This document shows, piece after piece, positions 23,501-36,128 of a DNA stretch of 64,000 bases. Numbering within the stretch: the stretch's first letter is position 1; each line of letters starts with the position of its first letter. The DNA is taken from the NCBI GenBank assembly GCA_963693365.1, contig CAVNZM010000002.1, positions 10,658,328-10,722,327 on the forward strand, read 5' to 3'. The notes under the pieces were generated by a model. The model had not been told where the DNA came from. It searched no databases and saw only the letters and a list, made by a program, of their open reading frames with translations. Source of the stretch: Amoebidium appalachense. Taxonomy: Eukaryota > Protista > Ichthyosporea. Position numbers and translations under genes: made by a program.

Positions 23501-24501
23501 CTGCAGGATTGTGGGCTGACGGCAGCCACACACAATACAAACGAATATCGAGGGCAAGCGTGTAGGCAGCCACCTGGCGGCATACACAGTTTAAGGCGTC
23601 GGGATGCTGAACGACCCTTAGCACAAGCAGTGCCGTCAAATCCAGGCCCCAAAGATAGCGGGAGCTCCGTGCAGCCGTAGACGGACCTAATCGACGAAGC
23701 CCCAGGAGCAAGGCTTCTCCCTCCAGAATGTTGATGTGGTCGGAGTGGCGCCAACGATGACTGATGACGATGATATTAAGTTTGTAAACGTGTTTTCTTT
23801 GCAGGAGAATTAGATAGCCCTGTTGGAGTGAAATTGTGTGTTGCGAGTGTGCTGTAAACTTCGTGGTAGTATAATGTTGTAGGCCATGGTGTGTTTGATG
23901 TGTTTGCAAAGTTTCAGGCTGCTAGCATTTTTATTTAGGGAGCTGTAGCTGTTTTTATGTTCTGTGGGATATGCCATATGGATATATTGATGAGTTTGAG
24001 TTATATCTAGTCCGAAATGGGCGGCAATCGATTTGGTCTTTGTGATCTAGGGGTTTTAACCACTTGTGAAAATTTTTCATTGGTTGATGTGCAGCAAAAA
24101 TTCCATTTTGGTAGATTTCATGGATTTGATAGGTTCTAAGTCATTTCTTCATATTTCCATAGGCAAAAATGTGGGCTGCGCTCTATAATGAGCTTGCGCG
24201 GCCCCAGGGAGGTCAGTTGCGGCGCTACTGAGCGGGCTTAGGTCTCTTTAGGCCCAATTTTTTAGCTAAGTTTTTGCAACTCTAGTCCACATTTTTCGCG
24301 CTCTTGTTCGTTTTTTCTCTAGTTTTTTTTGCCCACGAGCTCGCGCTTAGCTTCGACATCATCTGGTAAGAGTGTTACGTGCGCGCCGTTGCGTTTTAGC
24401 TGGTTTTCGGACGTTTTTTGCGGTGTCGGTTTTCCCACGTTTTTGCATTTTCCCGTCTTCGTTTTCAAGTTTTCGTGCTCTAGTCTGTTGTGAGCATTGC
24501 A

Positions 24502-25557
24502 ATGGCCCCTCCTCCTGCTCTGGTCGCCAAGGGGGCCGCTCTCCTCGAAAAGCTTTTGGAGATCTCCACCGATGCGGACGACGCAAGCCTCAAAAGTCTG
24601 GCCGTTTTGCAGTCCAACGCCCTTCCCTGGAACAGCCTGCCGGCAGAAACCGTCAACAGTGTGGTTTCAGCCCTCAAGGCGCGCTCGGTGGCTTTTGATG
24701 ACCCTGAGATGGTCGGTTGGAAAGTCACCGACCAGCTGCACTTGCTCTGTCGCACTCCTCGCAGCGGCCGTGCCTCCCCCCCACCTGGGTCGCCCTCTCC
24801 CCAGCGGCGTTCTGACGGTGTAGACGTCCAAGAGCAGCTGCAGGCGATTTCTGCCCAAGTGCAAGCACTCTCTGTTGCCCAGTCTGGTCGCCCCAAGAAG
24901 CCCTCTGCCGGCGGCCTGCTGAGCACCCTGTCTGCGCGGGCAAAGGGCAAGGAGCCTGTCTATGCGTACGACACCGGCAGTGAATACACCCCATCGTCGA
25001 GTGAGGATTCTGATTCCAGCAGCAGTGGCTACGGTCGTTCCTCTCGCAGCCGTCGTTCCTCTGGCCGTTCCAAATCCAACCCCAGCCGTTATCTGCTCTC
25101 CAGCGGCGCCAAAGTCAATTTGCGCGTCAAAGAACGTCTGGCCCCTTCCTACCTCAAGAGCACCTTGGCTGACCAGGCCTCGGTCACTGCGGCTGTCCAC
25201 GCGGCGGATTGGGTCAGCTACCGCAACAAACGGGAGGCTCTGACGCTTGCCCGTATGCTGGATCTGCTGCTGGCCGCCGACCCTAAGGCCCGCAAGGAGT
25301 CACCTGCTGTGGAAGTTGGTGTGCGCCGTCTGCTGGCTGTGCAGACTGCTGATCAGTCCAACGGGGACTGGGCTGTTGCAGAGCAGTTTGAGGAGCTCCC
25401 TGCGCGCAGCCTGCCCCTGCCCCCTGCCTTGGCCACCCGGGCTGTTCGTCAAGCCAAGACCCTCGCCGAAGTCACCCGGGCTCGGCGCGGTCCCGGCAGT
25501 GGCCCATCCGGAGCCGGTCCATCGACCCCTCCGGGGACCGGTGGGCACAGGGCCTAA
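24502..25557 (+). CDS. ORF1 Gag-like protein, intact copy
   Basis: Translation identical to 14604-15659. Confidence 0.8.
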   Translation: MAPPPALVAKGAALLEKLLEISTDADDASLKSLAVLQSNALPWNSLPAETVNSVVSALKARSVAFDDPEMVGWKVTDQLHLLCRTPRSGRASPPPGSPSPQRRSDGVDVQEQLQAISAQVQALSVAQSGRPKKPSAGGLLSTLSARAKGKEPVYAYDTGSEYTPSSSEDSDSSSSGYGRSSRSRRSSGRSKSNPSRYLLSSGAKVNLRVKERLAPSYLKSTLADQASVTAAVHAADWVSYRNKREALTLARMLDLLLAADPKARKESPAVEVGVRRLLAVQTADQSNGDWAVAEQFEELPARSLPLPPALATRAVRQAKTLAEVTRARRGPGSGPSGAGPSTPPGTGGHRA

Positions 25558-25634
25558 ACGGCCCTTTGGGGGTTCGGCACGCGGTTCTGTATATTCTTTT
25601 CTCGTGGCTTCCTGCCACGTGCCCTTGATTAAAT

Positions 25635-26831
25635 ATGCCCCCTAATTTTTCTAAGGATTCCACAGCTATGCCACGTCATGTCTTTGCCGCCTCTGATTTG
25701 TTTCCTGTTCCGGCCATTCCTGTGCCGGACCGTTCTGGACAAGCCCGTCTACGGAGTCAACGCCGTCGGCAACGTCTGTCTCACCGCCTGATGGGGGTAA
25801 CCTTGGCTAACCGCTGTCTTGGTGCCCTCAACGACCTCTGGGCAGGCGGCCCTTGCCCATTCCCGACCCGGTTGGTGAACAGTCACCACCATGCCCTGTG
25901 GACCTTTGTCCGCAGGGCCAGCTACGATGCTATACGCGCGGGTGTGTACGACGCTCAGCCTGCAAGTAGTGTCTTGGCTGCGTTCCCCGCGGCCTACCCT
26001 GTATTGACAGGATGGCTACCTCTCACGGCGGCAAATGCCGCTTTGCCACCCCCTGGGGTTGGAGCCACAGTGGACGTGTTGCAGTTTTTGTCTCCTACGC
26101 TGCAGCCGTTTTTGGCCAACTGCGACGGCGGCCTTCTCAAGCCTGTTCCGCCGACGCCTGCAGAGCTGCGCCGCATCCGACCGGCGCATCACGTTCCCAG
26201 TGGGGAATACGGTCCCCTGCTTCTTCGGCTTCAAGACTGCGGCATGGTGCACTATTTTGAGGGGAAGGAAAAACCACTGGCCATCAATGGGCTGTTTGGG
26301 GTCCCCAAAGACACCAGAGCCCGCGTCATTTTTGACGGCCGCCGTGGCAACCTGTTCTTTGCCCGTGATCATCCTGCCCTCCAGGTGCACCTGCCCAACC
26401 CTGCCGATTTTGCTGATCTGTTGCTGGGGCCTGACGATTGCCTCTATTTTGGCAAGTCGGACATGGACAACCAGTTCCATCGTCTTCTTGCCCCCGAGTG
26501 GCTGTGGCGGTACTTCGGATTGCCGCCTGTGTCTTCGGAGGCTGTTGGCATTTCTGGGCCCGACCGGCTTGTGTACCCGGCCCTCAAGACCGTGCCCATG
26601 GGCTGGGTGCATTCTGTGCTTGTGGCTCAAGACGTCCATGGGCAGTTGGCTGACCAAGCCGGAATGCCCCGCATTGAGCGCCTCTGTGCGATAGTGCCGC
26701 GGCCTGTGGAGGCCACGCAGCATGCCCTGTATGTGGACGACTGTGGCTGGGTCGGCACAGATGCCACCGCCATCAATCGTCAGCGTGAATCGTATTTCAA
26801 TAGGCAAAAATGTGGGCCGCGTATAAAATGA
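25635..26831 (+). pseudogene. Truncated RT (duplicate of 19555-20751)
   Basis: Identical translation at +6080. Confidence 0.88.
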
Positions 26832-27377
26832 GCTTGCGCGGCCCCAGGGAGGTCAGTTGCGGCGCTACTGAGCGCGCTTAGGTCCCTTTAGACCCAATTT
26901 TTTAGCTAAGTTTTTGCCCACCCACCACACCCTTTGCCTATTTAGGCACTAGGCTACGTTTTTTGAGCATGTTTCTGTATGACCTTTGTCATTCTTTTCA
27001 TTGCTCCTGTGGAGCACACCTGTGCCTGCTTGTGAGATTGATCCACAGGCACCGGCTCATGTATCCCCTTGCTGGGGCTGGTAAAGACGAGGTTGGCATA
27101 AGAATATCGCGTTCATCTTGTCTAAGCCCTGGTCCCCAGCTGTCACCCTCTCTCCAGCGTTGTTCTGACGGTGTAGACGTCCAAGAGCAGCTTTCTTTCT
27201 GACATTTGTCATTCTTTTCATTGCTCCTGTGGAGCACACCTATGCCTGCTTGTAAGGATGATCCACAGGCACCGGCTCATGTATCCCCTTGCTGGGGCTG
27301 GTAAAGACGACGTTGGCATAAGAATGGCCGTGTTCCCATTTGTGCCTTTTCGGCCTACAGTGGTGCCTTCCCACCCA

Positions 27378-27908
27378 TGGTTCGTTTTTAAACGGGTTTT
27401 CTTTGAGAAACGGCCGCAGCCACGACGATTAATTGACATGTGGAAATTCGAACTGCCAGCTACTTGATTGGTTAGTCTCTTGGTATGGCTTAGCCAATCA
27501 GTTCTCTGTACGTAAATGTAAGTGCAATGATTGGTCCTGTTTAAGTGTAGCCATATTTGGTCTTTACATTCCCCTGTAGCCAATCAGATGTTGTGAGCCA
27601 TATCCTGCGTGTATATAAACCGCTAGCCCGAAGATTCGTAGGCCTCTCAGTCGCTGGCACTGCTCCTGAGCAGAATGTGTCCTTAGTCTAGCAAGTTGGC
27701 AGGGCCTCCTAAAGCCCGTAAACGGTTGTTTTCTCCAGTCAAGCATTTTGTTTTTCCCGCCCACCCTCCCTTGAGTGGCTGTGGTGATGGCCTGCCATCT
27801 AAAGTGTGTGTCCTTGGAGAGCACACGTGTTTGTGTGTGGCAGCTACACACGACACTGCAAGTAATCTATCCCCTTGCTAGGGCGAGTAAAGAGTGACGG
27901 CACAAGAA
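27378..27908 (+). mobile_element. Non-coding mini YR element (copy inside the tandem duplication)
   Basis: Matches 21298-21828 at +6080. Confidence 0.82.
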
Positions 27909-29822
27909 CTAGTTTTCCCAGTCTTTGGTGCCCTTTTTGTGTCGCGCCAGCCCCGCCTCAGGCATAGCCCTGCTGCCACCATGTTGTTCCTTCTCTGGCC
28001 GCGATGCCTTGGTTTGGTGGCGCTGTTTCGTCCTCCTACCGCGGGTCGCTCCCCTCCCCACTCATCCTCGCGCTCATCTTGTTTTGGCCCTGGCCCCCCA
28101 CAGGCCATGGGCCTTCCAGCTTAAGTAGCCTGGTTCGGGCCTACGCACAGGTTTTTCTTTCTGTTTGCGGTGCTTCCGCCCGTGCCTTTCGTTGTCGTTA
28201 ATAATGGCCCCGGTAATTTCAATGGAAGCTCATTCTATGCCAGTCAGCCCTTTGCCGCCTCTGATCTTTTCCCCATCCCAACCATTCCTGTCCCTACTCG
28301 TCGTGACCCTGCAGCCGGTCCCCTTCGCAGCCAGCGCCGCCGGCAGCGTTTGTCTCGCCATGTGTCTGCTGTCGCGCTGGCTAACCGCTGTATTTGCTCC
28401 CTCAACGAGTTGTGGGCAGGTGGCCCTTTCCATTTTCCGTCTCGGTCGGTGAACAGTAACCACCAAGCCTTCTGGACCTTTGTCCTGAGGGCAAGCCACG
28501 ACGCTATACGCGCGCGCGCGCGGGTGTCTTTGATGCTCAGCCAGCGAGTAGCCTCTTGGCCGCGCTCCCCTCGCCGTACCCTGTCCTTATAGGTTGTTTG
28601 CCCCTTACAGCTGCCAATGCCGCTCTTCCACCCCCTGGGGTAGGGGGCACGGTCGACGTGAAGCAGTACGTGTCTCCTGTGCTGCATCCGTTTTTGTTTT
28701 GTACAGTCAGCTAGCAGACACCGCTGGCATGTGTTTGAGCGCCTTTGCGCTATTGTTCCCCAAGAAATTGGTTCCTCTCTGCATGTGTTGTGTTGTATGT
28801 GGATGATCATGCCGGTGGCTTGGCACTAACCCCCGTGCCCTCCGGGAGCAGCAGCGTGATTATCATCGCGTCACCGGTCCGACGGGTTTGCCTGCCAACC
28901 CCACCAAAGATGTTGTTGCCGGTTCCTCCAAGGCCTTGGACCTGTTAGGTTGGAGATGCTCCACTCTGGGTTGGTGCGCCCGGCCCCGGCTTCTCTAGCC
29001 CACCTTCTGGTGGAGACTCGTGCTGTGCTCCGTCGTGGCACCGTCAGCAAGCTTCAACTGCAGCAGCTACGTGGCGGGTCGGTGTGGGTTTTGTTGTTGC
29101 AGCGGTCAGCCCTCTCCGTTCTTGATGCCGCCTACCAGCTGAGTGCCCGTCTTGGTCCCAGGGCGCTCCCCCTTCCGCCTGCGGTCGCTTAAGAGTTCAA
29201 CACTCTATGTGCCCTCGTCCCTCTCCTGCGCTGCGACCTGCACTCAGCCTTTGCACCCACCATGTTCTGCTCGGACACCTCCAAGGTAGGTGGTGCCGTG
29301 CTTTCCCGTGTGTTGCCGTCTGGTCTTCTCCAGGATGTCCTGCCCTTCTGCAACCGTTGTGGCCACCACACCACCCTGGCTTCCACACCAAACACCCAGC
29401 CCTGTGTCCCTGCCCCCCCCCCCCGCTTCTGTTTTGGCTGGCCTTAATGCGGGCCGGGCCGTTGGAGCACCACCATCAGCCACCGTTGGCTCTACGACGA
29501 CCACATCAACATTCTGGAAGGAGAGAGTCTGCTGCTTGGCTTGCGCCGCTTGGGTCGTTCCTGCTTAGCCCGCAGCCGCCGCTACATGTGGGGTCTGGAC
29601 TCTACTGCATCCTGGGGCTGTAGCCAAGGGCCACTCGGCCTCCCACCGCCTGAATCGTGTCTGCCGCCAAGTGGCTGCTTATTCGCTGGCCCTTGATATC
29701 CGTCTCTATTGGCTCTGGCTTCCTTCGGCCTGCTATCAACCCTGCCGATGGTCCGTCCCGCATATTTTGAGTTGTATTTTTTATTGTGTTTTTGTTAGAA
29801 TTTTAATTTTGCACCTGTTAAT

Positions 29823-29890
<68 letters not shown>

Positions 29891-29942
29891 CCACACACAC
29901 ACACACACACACACACCTACACCTACACCTACACCTCCACAC

Positions 29943-29979
<37 letters not shown>

Positions 29980-30072
29980 CACCTACACCTACACCTCCAC
30001 ACACACGCACACACACACACACACACACACAGACACACACCTAAACCACCCACACATCATACACAAACACAC

Positions 30073-30117
<45 letters not shown>

Positions 30118-31507
30118 CATACACACAGACATATGTGTGCGCGTCTATAGCTTCGAAATGTGTGCGCGTCTATAGCTTTGAATTTTGGATATGTTTAATT
30201 TCTTTTTGTTTTCCAATGGTCTTGCTCCCTGCACCCATGTGCTATGTTGCGTCGCCCGTTTTCCCCTGCATGGTCTCTTCCCGCCCATGCCAGCAAGGCA
30301 AGAGTGGAGCACACATGTGCCTGCTGAGATCATAGGGTCAGCAGGCACCACCTCAAGTATCCCCGTGCTGGGGCTGGTAAAGGCGACATTGGCACAATAC
30401 TTAGTTTGTAAACGTGTTTTCTTTGCAGGAGAATTAGATAGCCCCGTTGGAGTGAAATTGTGTATTGCGAGTGTGCTGTAAACTTCGTAGTAGTAATATG
30501 TTGTAGGCCTTGGTGTGTTTGATGTGTGTGCAAAGTTTCAGGCTGCTAGCGTTTTTATTTAGGGAGCTGTAGCTGTTTTTTTTGTTGTGTGGGATATGCC
30601 ATATGGATATATTGATGAGTGTGAGTTATATCTAGTCCGAAATGGGCGGCAATTGATTTGGTCTTTGTGATCTAGGGGTTTTAGCCACTTGTGAAAATTT
30701 TTCATTGGTTGATGTGCAGCAAAAATTCCATTTTGGTAGATTTCATGGATTTGATAGGTTCTAAGTCATTTCTTCATATTTCCATAGGCAAAAATGTGGG
30801 CCGCGCTATATATGAGCTTGCGCGGCCCCAGGGAGGTCAGTTGCGGCGCTACTGAGCGCGTTTAGGTCTCTTTAGGCCCAATTGTTTAGCTAAGTTTTTT
30901 TTTGCCGAATGATTAGTTTGTAAGCGTTTTTACTTTGCAGGAGCATTGGACAGCACCAAAGACAGAGTAACAGGACTCCGTGTGCGAGATATGCAGGTGA
31001 TAGTGGTAGCAAAAATTCGGTGATGTACGTATGCTGGTATACGATTTGCAGTTTAGGTTTTTATTGGAGTAAGTATGTAGAGGAATGTGTTCCTGCATGT
31101 GTAGACGTTTTGATTGGATTATAGTCATGAGGCGATCCCGCCCGCAATAGTTTTTGCATGTCGATGCTTTGGTTTAGAGCCTTTTGGCTGCTGTGTGCGT
31201 CTCAGTCGCTGTGCTCATTAGCATAATGTAGGTAGGCCTCCTTAGGCTGCCTGTTTCGGTGTAAGTAGGTAGGCCTTTTTAGGTTACTGCCTGTCTGTAG
31301 TCAAGTTTTTGCCCACCCACCCACCCTTGCCTCATTAGGCTTTGAACTCTTGCCTCATTAGAATTGAACCCTTGCCTCATTAGGCTTGCCTCATAAGGCT
31401 TTGAATTGCTCCTGTGGAGCACACACGTGCCTGAGATCATAGGGTCAGCAGGCACCATCTCAAGTATCCCCGTGCTGGGGCTGGTAAAGGCGACGATGGC
31501 ACAAGAA
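27909..31507 (+). mobile_element. Decayed sister subfamily 2 YR retrotransposon with B'-A-A''-spacer-B' end
   Basis: Diverged RT/RNase H remnants (FAASDLFP, LYVDD, FCSDTS, HINILEGE, AAYSLALDIRLYWLWLPS). B' copies at 30304-30397 and 31414-31507. The first ~580 bp are duplicated at 21829-22411. Confidence 0.8.
29825..30130. repeat. (CA)n-rich microsatellite block
   Basis: Direct reading; sits where most of the subfamily 2 YR would be. Confidence 0.9.
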
Positions 31508-31712
31508 CGTTGGGTTACAGCTGTTAGGACAACCAGATTCAAGTTTGAATGTGAAACAACAGGCCGGCTATGCAACAGCAAAACAAAAGCCTAGAATAAA
31601 GGCCAACAAGAAAAACAATGTCCTATCTACCCCAGTGTACTCTATGATGTGTGTGTGTGTGCATGTGTGCCGGTGTGTTTGTGTGTGTGTGTGTGTGTGA
31701 AATGCAGAACCC

Positions 31713-32783
31713 TCAAAGTTTCTCTACGACTTTGCGCAACAAATCAGTTGTTGCACGCCTCTGAGCCCGGGCATCTTCATTATCCTCTGCACTTGGGCCT
31801 GCGTTTTCAAGCCTCCCTGCCAAATCCTTTACAGCCTGCACCAAAACACCACCCTGTGTGACCATCTTGCCTACCCCCTCACGCATAAACTGAGACTCTT
31901 CTTTATAATGCCCCATGAACTCCTTCAAAGAGTTGCTAACAGTCTTGAGCACAGCCACCTGCTCGTTCTGTTTCTCCGTACCTGCCTTGTTTCTCTTGGC
32001 CCCGTGGTTGGCATGCATATCCCGCCTCCGTTTGTTTGCACCATCCATCGCGAAAAGCGCAGCCTGGGCGGCGGCAGGGTCAACCTGAGTGGGGTTAACA
32101 CGCCTGGGTTGCTGTGCAGCCGGCTGGCCTGCGCCCACACCATCATCCCCCCCCGCACCCGCAGCCGCTGCTGCGCCAGCAGCGTTCCCTCCATTCACGG
32201 CAGTGTCCCCCTGATCTCCCTCGCCTGCCTCTCTGTCATCGTGCTCCTCCCTCCGGAACAAAACGTTGGCACCGTTCAAAACAACTTGCGGGTTCACGCT
32301 ATCCGAGTCGACCATTAACTCCAGCAGCGCGTTGTACTGCTCTTGGGTGAGAGACACCTTAATCTTCTGGTCCTTCTTAACCACCTCGTACTCTCTCTTG
32401 TCAGCTCAAAAAAAGGTGGACGTCCAGAAGAACCTCGGGCTACGCCACGATTGAAGTCGTATATTTTGGTAAAAGAATTCTTTACGTTCCTCCACTTGTC
32501 GGACACTTGCTCAAGTCTCCATTCCAGAGGCGAGTCGACTCCGTCCTCCTGGGCTAGCCGACGGAAGATGTCAAACCGCCGACGTTCGTCGTTTTCGACC
32601 TCGCCGTTAAGTGGTCCCTCCCGCCTAAACACTCGTTCTGCTCTGATGAGCAGCAAAGTCTCCTGGGGGTACCAGTTTCGTTTCTTTCCCCCATCCGAAC
32701 CGTCTTGGTTTTGTGCCGCCTGTTGTTTTTTGTTTTTGTTTTGGGCAGGAGTCTGAGGGGGCACCTGGCTAGTTGTCTGCCAT
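31713..32783 (-). pseudogene. Myb/SANT-like (trihelix) DNA-binding protein, probably the Harbinger/PIF accessory ORF, frameshifted
   Basis: RNWYPQETLLLIRAE...EQVSDKWRNVKNSFTKIYDF...FFELTRE fits the trihelix pattern. It continues after a frameshift (~32390) into the 223-aa ORF with a coiled-coil-like tail. Confidence 0.7.
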
Positions 32784-33014
32784 GATGGTTGCAAATAAGA
32801 AAAGAGGGAAGAAGAAGAAGCGAAGAAAGTAGGCAAGCGTGACCTCAAGTTTCCTGCAGCGAAAGTGTGGCGGAAAAAAAAAAACAGGCTCCACGTGTAC
32901 TGCGAACCTTCACGGTTGCCTGCTCGGTTTTATTCCCTCGGTGGGTAGATTTCTGCTGGGCATCATCTGAATCATTATCTGAAAAAGGAAATTTTAATTA
33001 AAATCTAATGAATT

Positions 33015-33120
33015 ACCGCGCAATGGGAACAGCCATCTGGGCAGAATTTATCCCATGTCGCGGGAATCTGATTCCATAAATGGTATCGGATTCCCATTCC
33101 CACGCAGTGGGAACGCAGCC
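33015..33120 (-). mobile_element. Candidate PIF/Harbinger terminus
   Basis: Minus strand begins GGCTGCGTTCCCACTGCG with several subterminal GGGAA/TTCCC motifs, upstream of the Myb-like ORF. The partner TIR was not found. Confidence 0.45.
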
Positions 33121-34806
33121 AATGTACGCTGTTTGCTTGGTAGCTCCCGGTACACCTGATAATGCGGTGTCCCAACCTTACCCTTTTCCCGGCTGCTAGT
33201 ACACATCATGGTAGTACTACGTGTTCTCTGGCCAGTTGTGTGGGCTTTCAGCGTCGGTGGGGTTATTTATGTTGCCCAACAAGTACCTGGCTGGGTTACT
33301 ATGGATGGACGTTGTCTTAGGCGGCTTTGGGAATTCTTGTTCCTAAGGTCGCCCCAAAATGGGATGGCAGTACTGCCCTATCTTTAAGAACAGGAGCAGA
33401 TTTTATATCTTTGACCCCTATCCTATACCTCCCTAGGCTAGAGGTTGCCACACTATGTAAACACTATACCGTGCAACCCTGACCCCTGTGGGCGTAATCG
33501 GTGCCACAACCTGCACGCCACGTCCTCAAACGTCATCGCTACAGTGAATTCGCCCATCAGAATTAGCGGCATGACGAACCATAAAAGACTACCAATTGGG
33601 TGTGTATTTAGCCAATGATAATTATCTAAATGGCAAACCATAAAAGGCTACTCAGACGGACCAAGAGGGCACCGCTTTGGAATTTAACCTCAGGGCAACA
33701 TTGCACACCTGTGCCTGTTCGCGGAAGTCCATGTGATGCAAACAGTGATTCAAAGGTATCGAATCATGTACGCTGGTGCTCTGCCACGTACGACTGTGGC
33801 TTCAGCCGCCGTATTACCAAGTATGCTCTATTTTTGAGTTGGCACGTGAGCAGTCACTTCGAAAGAAAAGTTTTGTCGGCCTTGAAAAATAAGAGCTACC
33901 TCCAAAGGTAGCAGAAAAGGTGGTGCTTGTTAACTTGAAGTTGACGTCACCATAAGAAGGGAAAAAGCTGGGCCAATTGATGTCAATAAAATTTTAAAGC
34001 GTTTGTATGCTCTGAGCATACATGCTCCATTCCTTTTCATTAGACAATGCTTGTCTTTTCGCAGGACTCCCTAACTGGTTATTAGAGCCCAATCGCCATC
34101 CATCTAGTACAGTAACTCCTTGTTAAACTTGTCCCAAAGTCCAAAACCAAACAGATTGCCGCAGTGGCCCGGACAACAAGGCTCTTTTTAAAAAGCTGTT
34201 ACTGTGCATGTATGTATGTTCTTATGATCAGGGTGCTGTTACAATAAAAATGAAAAAGGTGCGTTTAATTACGCATCCAATCGTGCCATGGTTGGACACA
34301 ATTTCTTCTGATTAGCCAGGCAACTGCGGATGCAGGGACCCTTGAAGTTCTAAATCATAAAAGTTTAACTAATACGAATCCCTAAGTTATGACTCATTGA
34401 AAAGCAAACTGAGTTGATTAGCCGCTATCTGCAGCAATCAGCTGAGCCTGCCAGAGTTTGGAGTGGTTCGCTAAAATATTCGCCATAAGCTCCTCAGGAC
34501 TCTGAGACATCTGTTGAAACAGAAAAACTTTCATGAACACCCGTTTTTTATTTAACGTCGTTTGAAAGAAAAGTTTATAAATCAGGGGGTTTTAAAACCC
34601 TGAGATTGTCACCGTCTCCTACTTACTCAGCAAGCATATTTTTATTTTTAAGTGGCGCTGAAAGGCCATTTGTTTTGATTCCGCGAAATGAGATTGTTTA
34701 TTGAGGTACTCTTACGGTGATCATGCGTCTAATTTGCACTGACTCCTTTTTGTAAGCCAGCCAGGATGAAACTTAATGTGGTAAGGTTTTATTTGTGGAA
34801 TTTATT

Positions 34807-35007
34807 CCGGCGGCCCATACCACCACGGACCCTCCAGCTACTCTCCCCTCTACTCCTGAAGTCCCTCCTCAGGCCCCGCCGTCCCCGCCGATGACTTCTC
34901 AAGACGCCGTCCTTGCCGCCCTCACCGCCATCAGCACCCAGATGGCTGGCGTCCTGGCCGCTCTCACCAACCGCGACCCTCATCAGCAAACATCTCCCGG
35001 CATCTTT
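34807..35007 (+). pseudogene. N-terminal fragment of family 3 gag
   Basis: GC-rich frame (MTSQDAVLAALTAISTQM...PGIF) that joins in frame to IFADAPVP at 44788 across an ATCTTT duplication. Confidence 0.7.
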
Positions 35008-35896
35008 TTCCCGTCTCAAACCACTCTGGGACATCCTAAACCCGTAACCCATCCTGAACCATACCCTTTGTAACCGTTATTAGTTAGAGATGACTCCAAG
35101 CTATCCCTAACCCGTCCGGCTTTAGCAGGCGATATTAAAGACATCTCTGTAAGTACGTCCTTAGCATATCTGTAACCCGGCGAAACCCTATCCCGTGTTC
35201 CATCTGTTTCCTCCCCAAAGCATATCTTAGAGCCGTCTTTGTTATGTCTTAAACGAATCTATAAAAAGACAATATTTATGAACTTTTACTAAAAAGATAT
35301 CTCCAGCATATCTGTAAGCTATCGGTCAGCCGTCTACAAGAGCGCTTTGCGATCACCAATATCCATCTTTAATACTACTTTTTGTAATTCAGACGAATAT
35401 AGATGGCATACTTAACACCTCTTGAAGAATTTGCAGAGATATATTACAGATATGTTGTGGTTAAACTAAATGTATCCTTACAATGTAGTTATGTAATATG
35501 TTATTTCAGTCTAACACGAGTTGTCAACTTTAGGACGTACATAATGACACGAACAAGATATGCGTGAGACGTATTTACGTTATAATATAGATTCATCATC
35601 AATTGAGGAAAAGACACAATTAATATACACTTTAGACGGCTTTAGGACGGCCTAACGTTATATATGGTCGCTCCCATAGATAGAATAATTATATATTCAT
35701 AGTTCTGGTAAGAGCACCGGAAGATTTCTTGATGCAATTTTAAAGCCATCTTTCAGGATGTTCTGAAAGTCACACTAAAAAGACCGTCGTCATCCTTAAA
35801 GTCATCTGTTGGATGGCTGGAGGTTGTCGTGATGATATCTTAAACCCCCACCTCCCTCCTCCTCCTCCTCCCCCCCCCCCCCCCCCCCCCCCCCCC

Positions 35897-36128
35897 GGGG
35901 ACCACCACCCACCCCACATGAACCTTTGACGATTGATGACGACGATGAGGTGCCAGACCCACAGGGTCTTTTCCTGGGGACCACCACCCACCCCACATGA
36001 ACCTTTGACGATCGATGACGACGATGAGGTGCCAGACCCACAGGGTCTTTTCCTGGGGACCACCACCCACCCCACATGAACCTTTGACGATCGATGACGA
36101 CGACGAGGTGCCAGACCCACAGGGTCTT
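35897..36128. repeat. 79-bp tandem repeat x3
   Basis: GGGGACCACCACCC starts at 35897, 35976 and 36055. Confidence 0.9.

Larger units (their letters stand above)
16331..28493. repeat. Tandem duplication of a ~6.08-kb unit (16331-22411 and 22412-28491)
   Basis: The ORF track repeats at +6080/6081. The junction TGAGGG-CA-CCCCAACG has a CA microhomology; I noticed three small differences between units. Confidence 0.93.
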
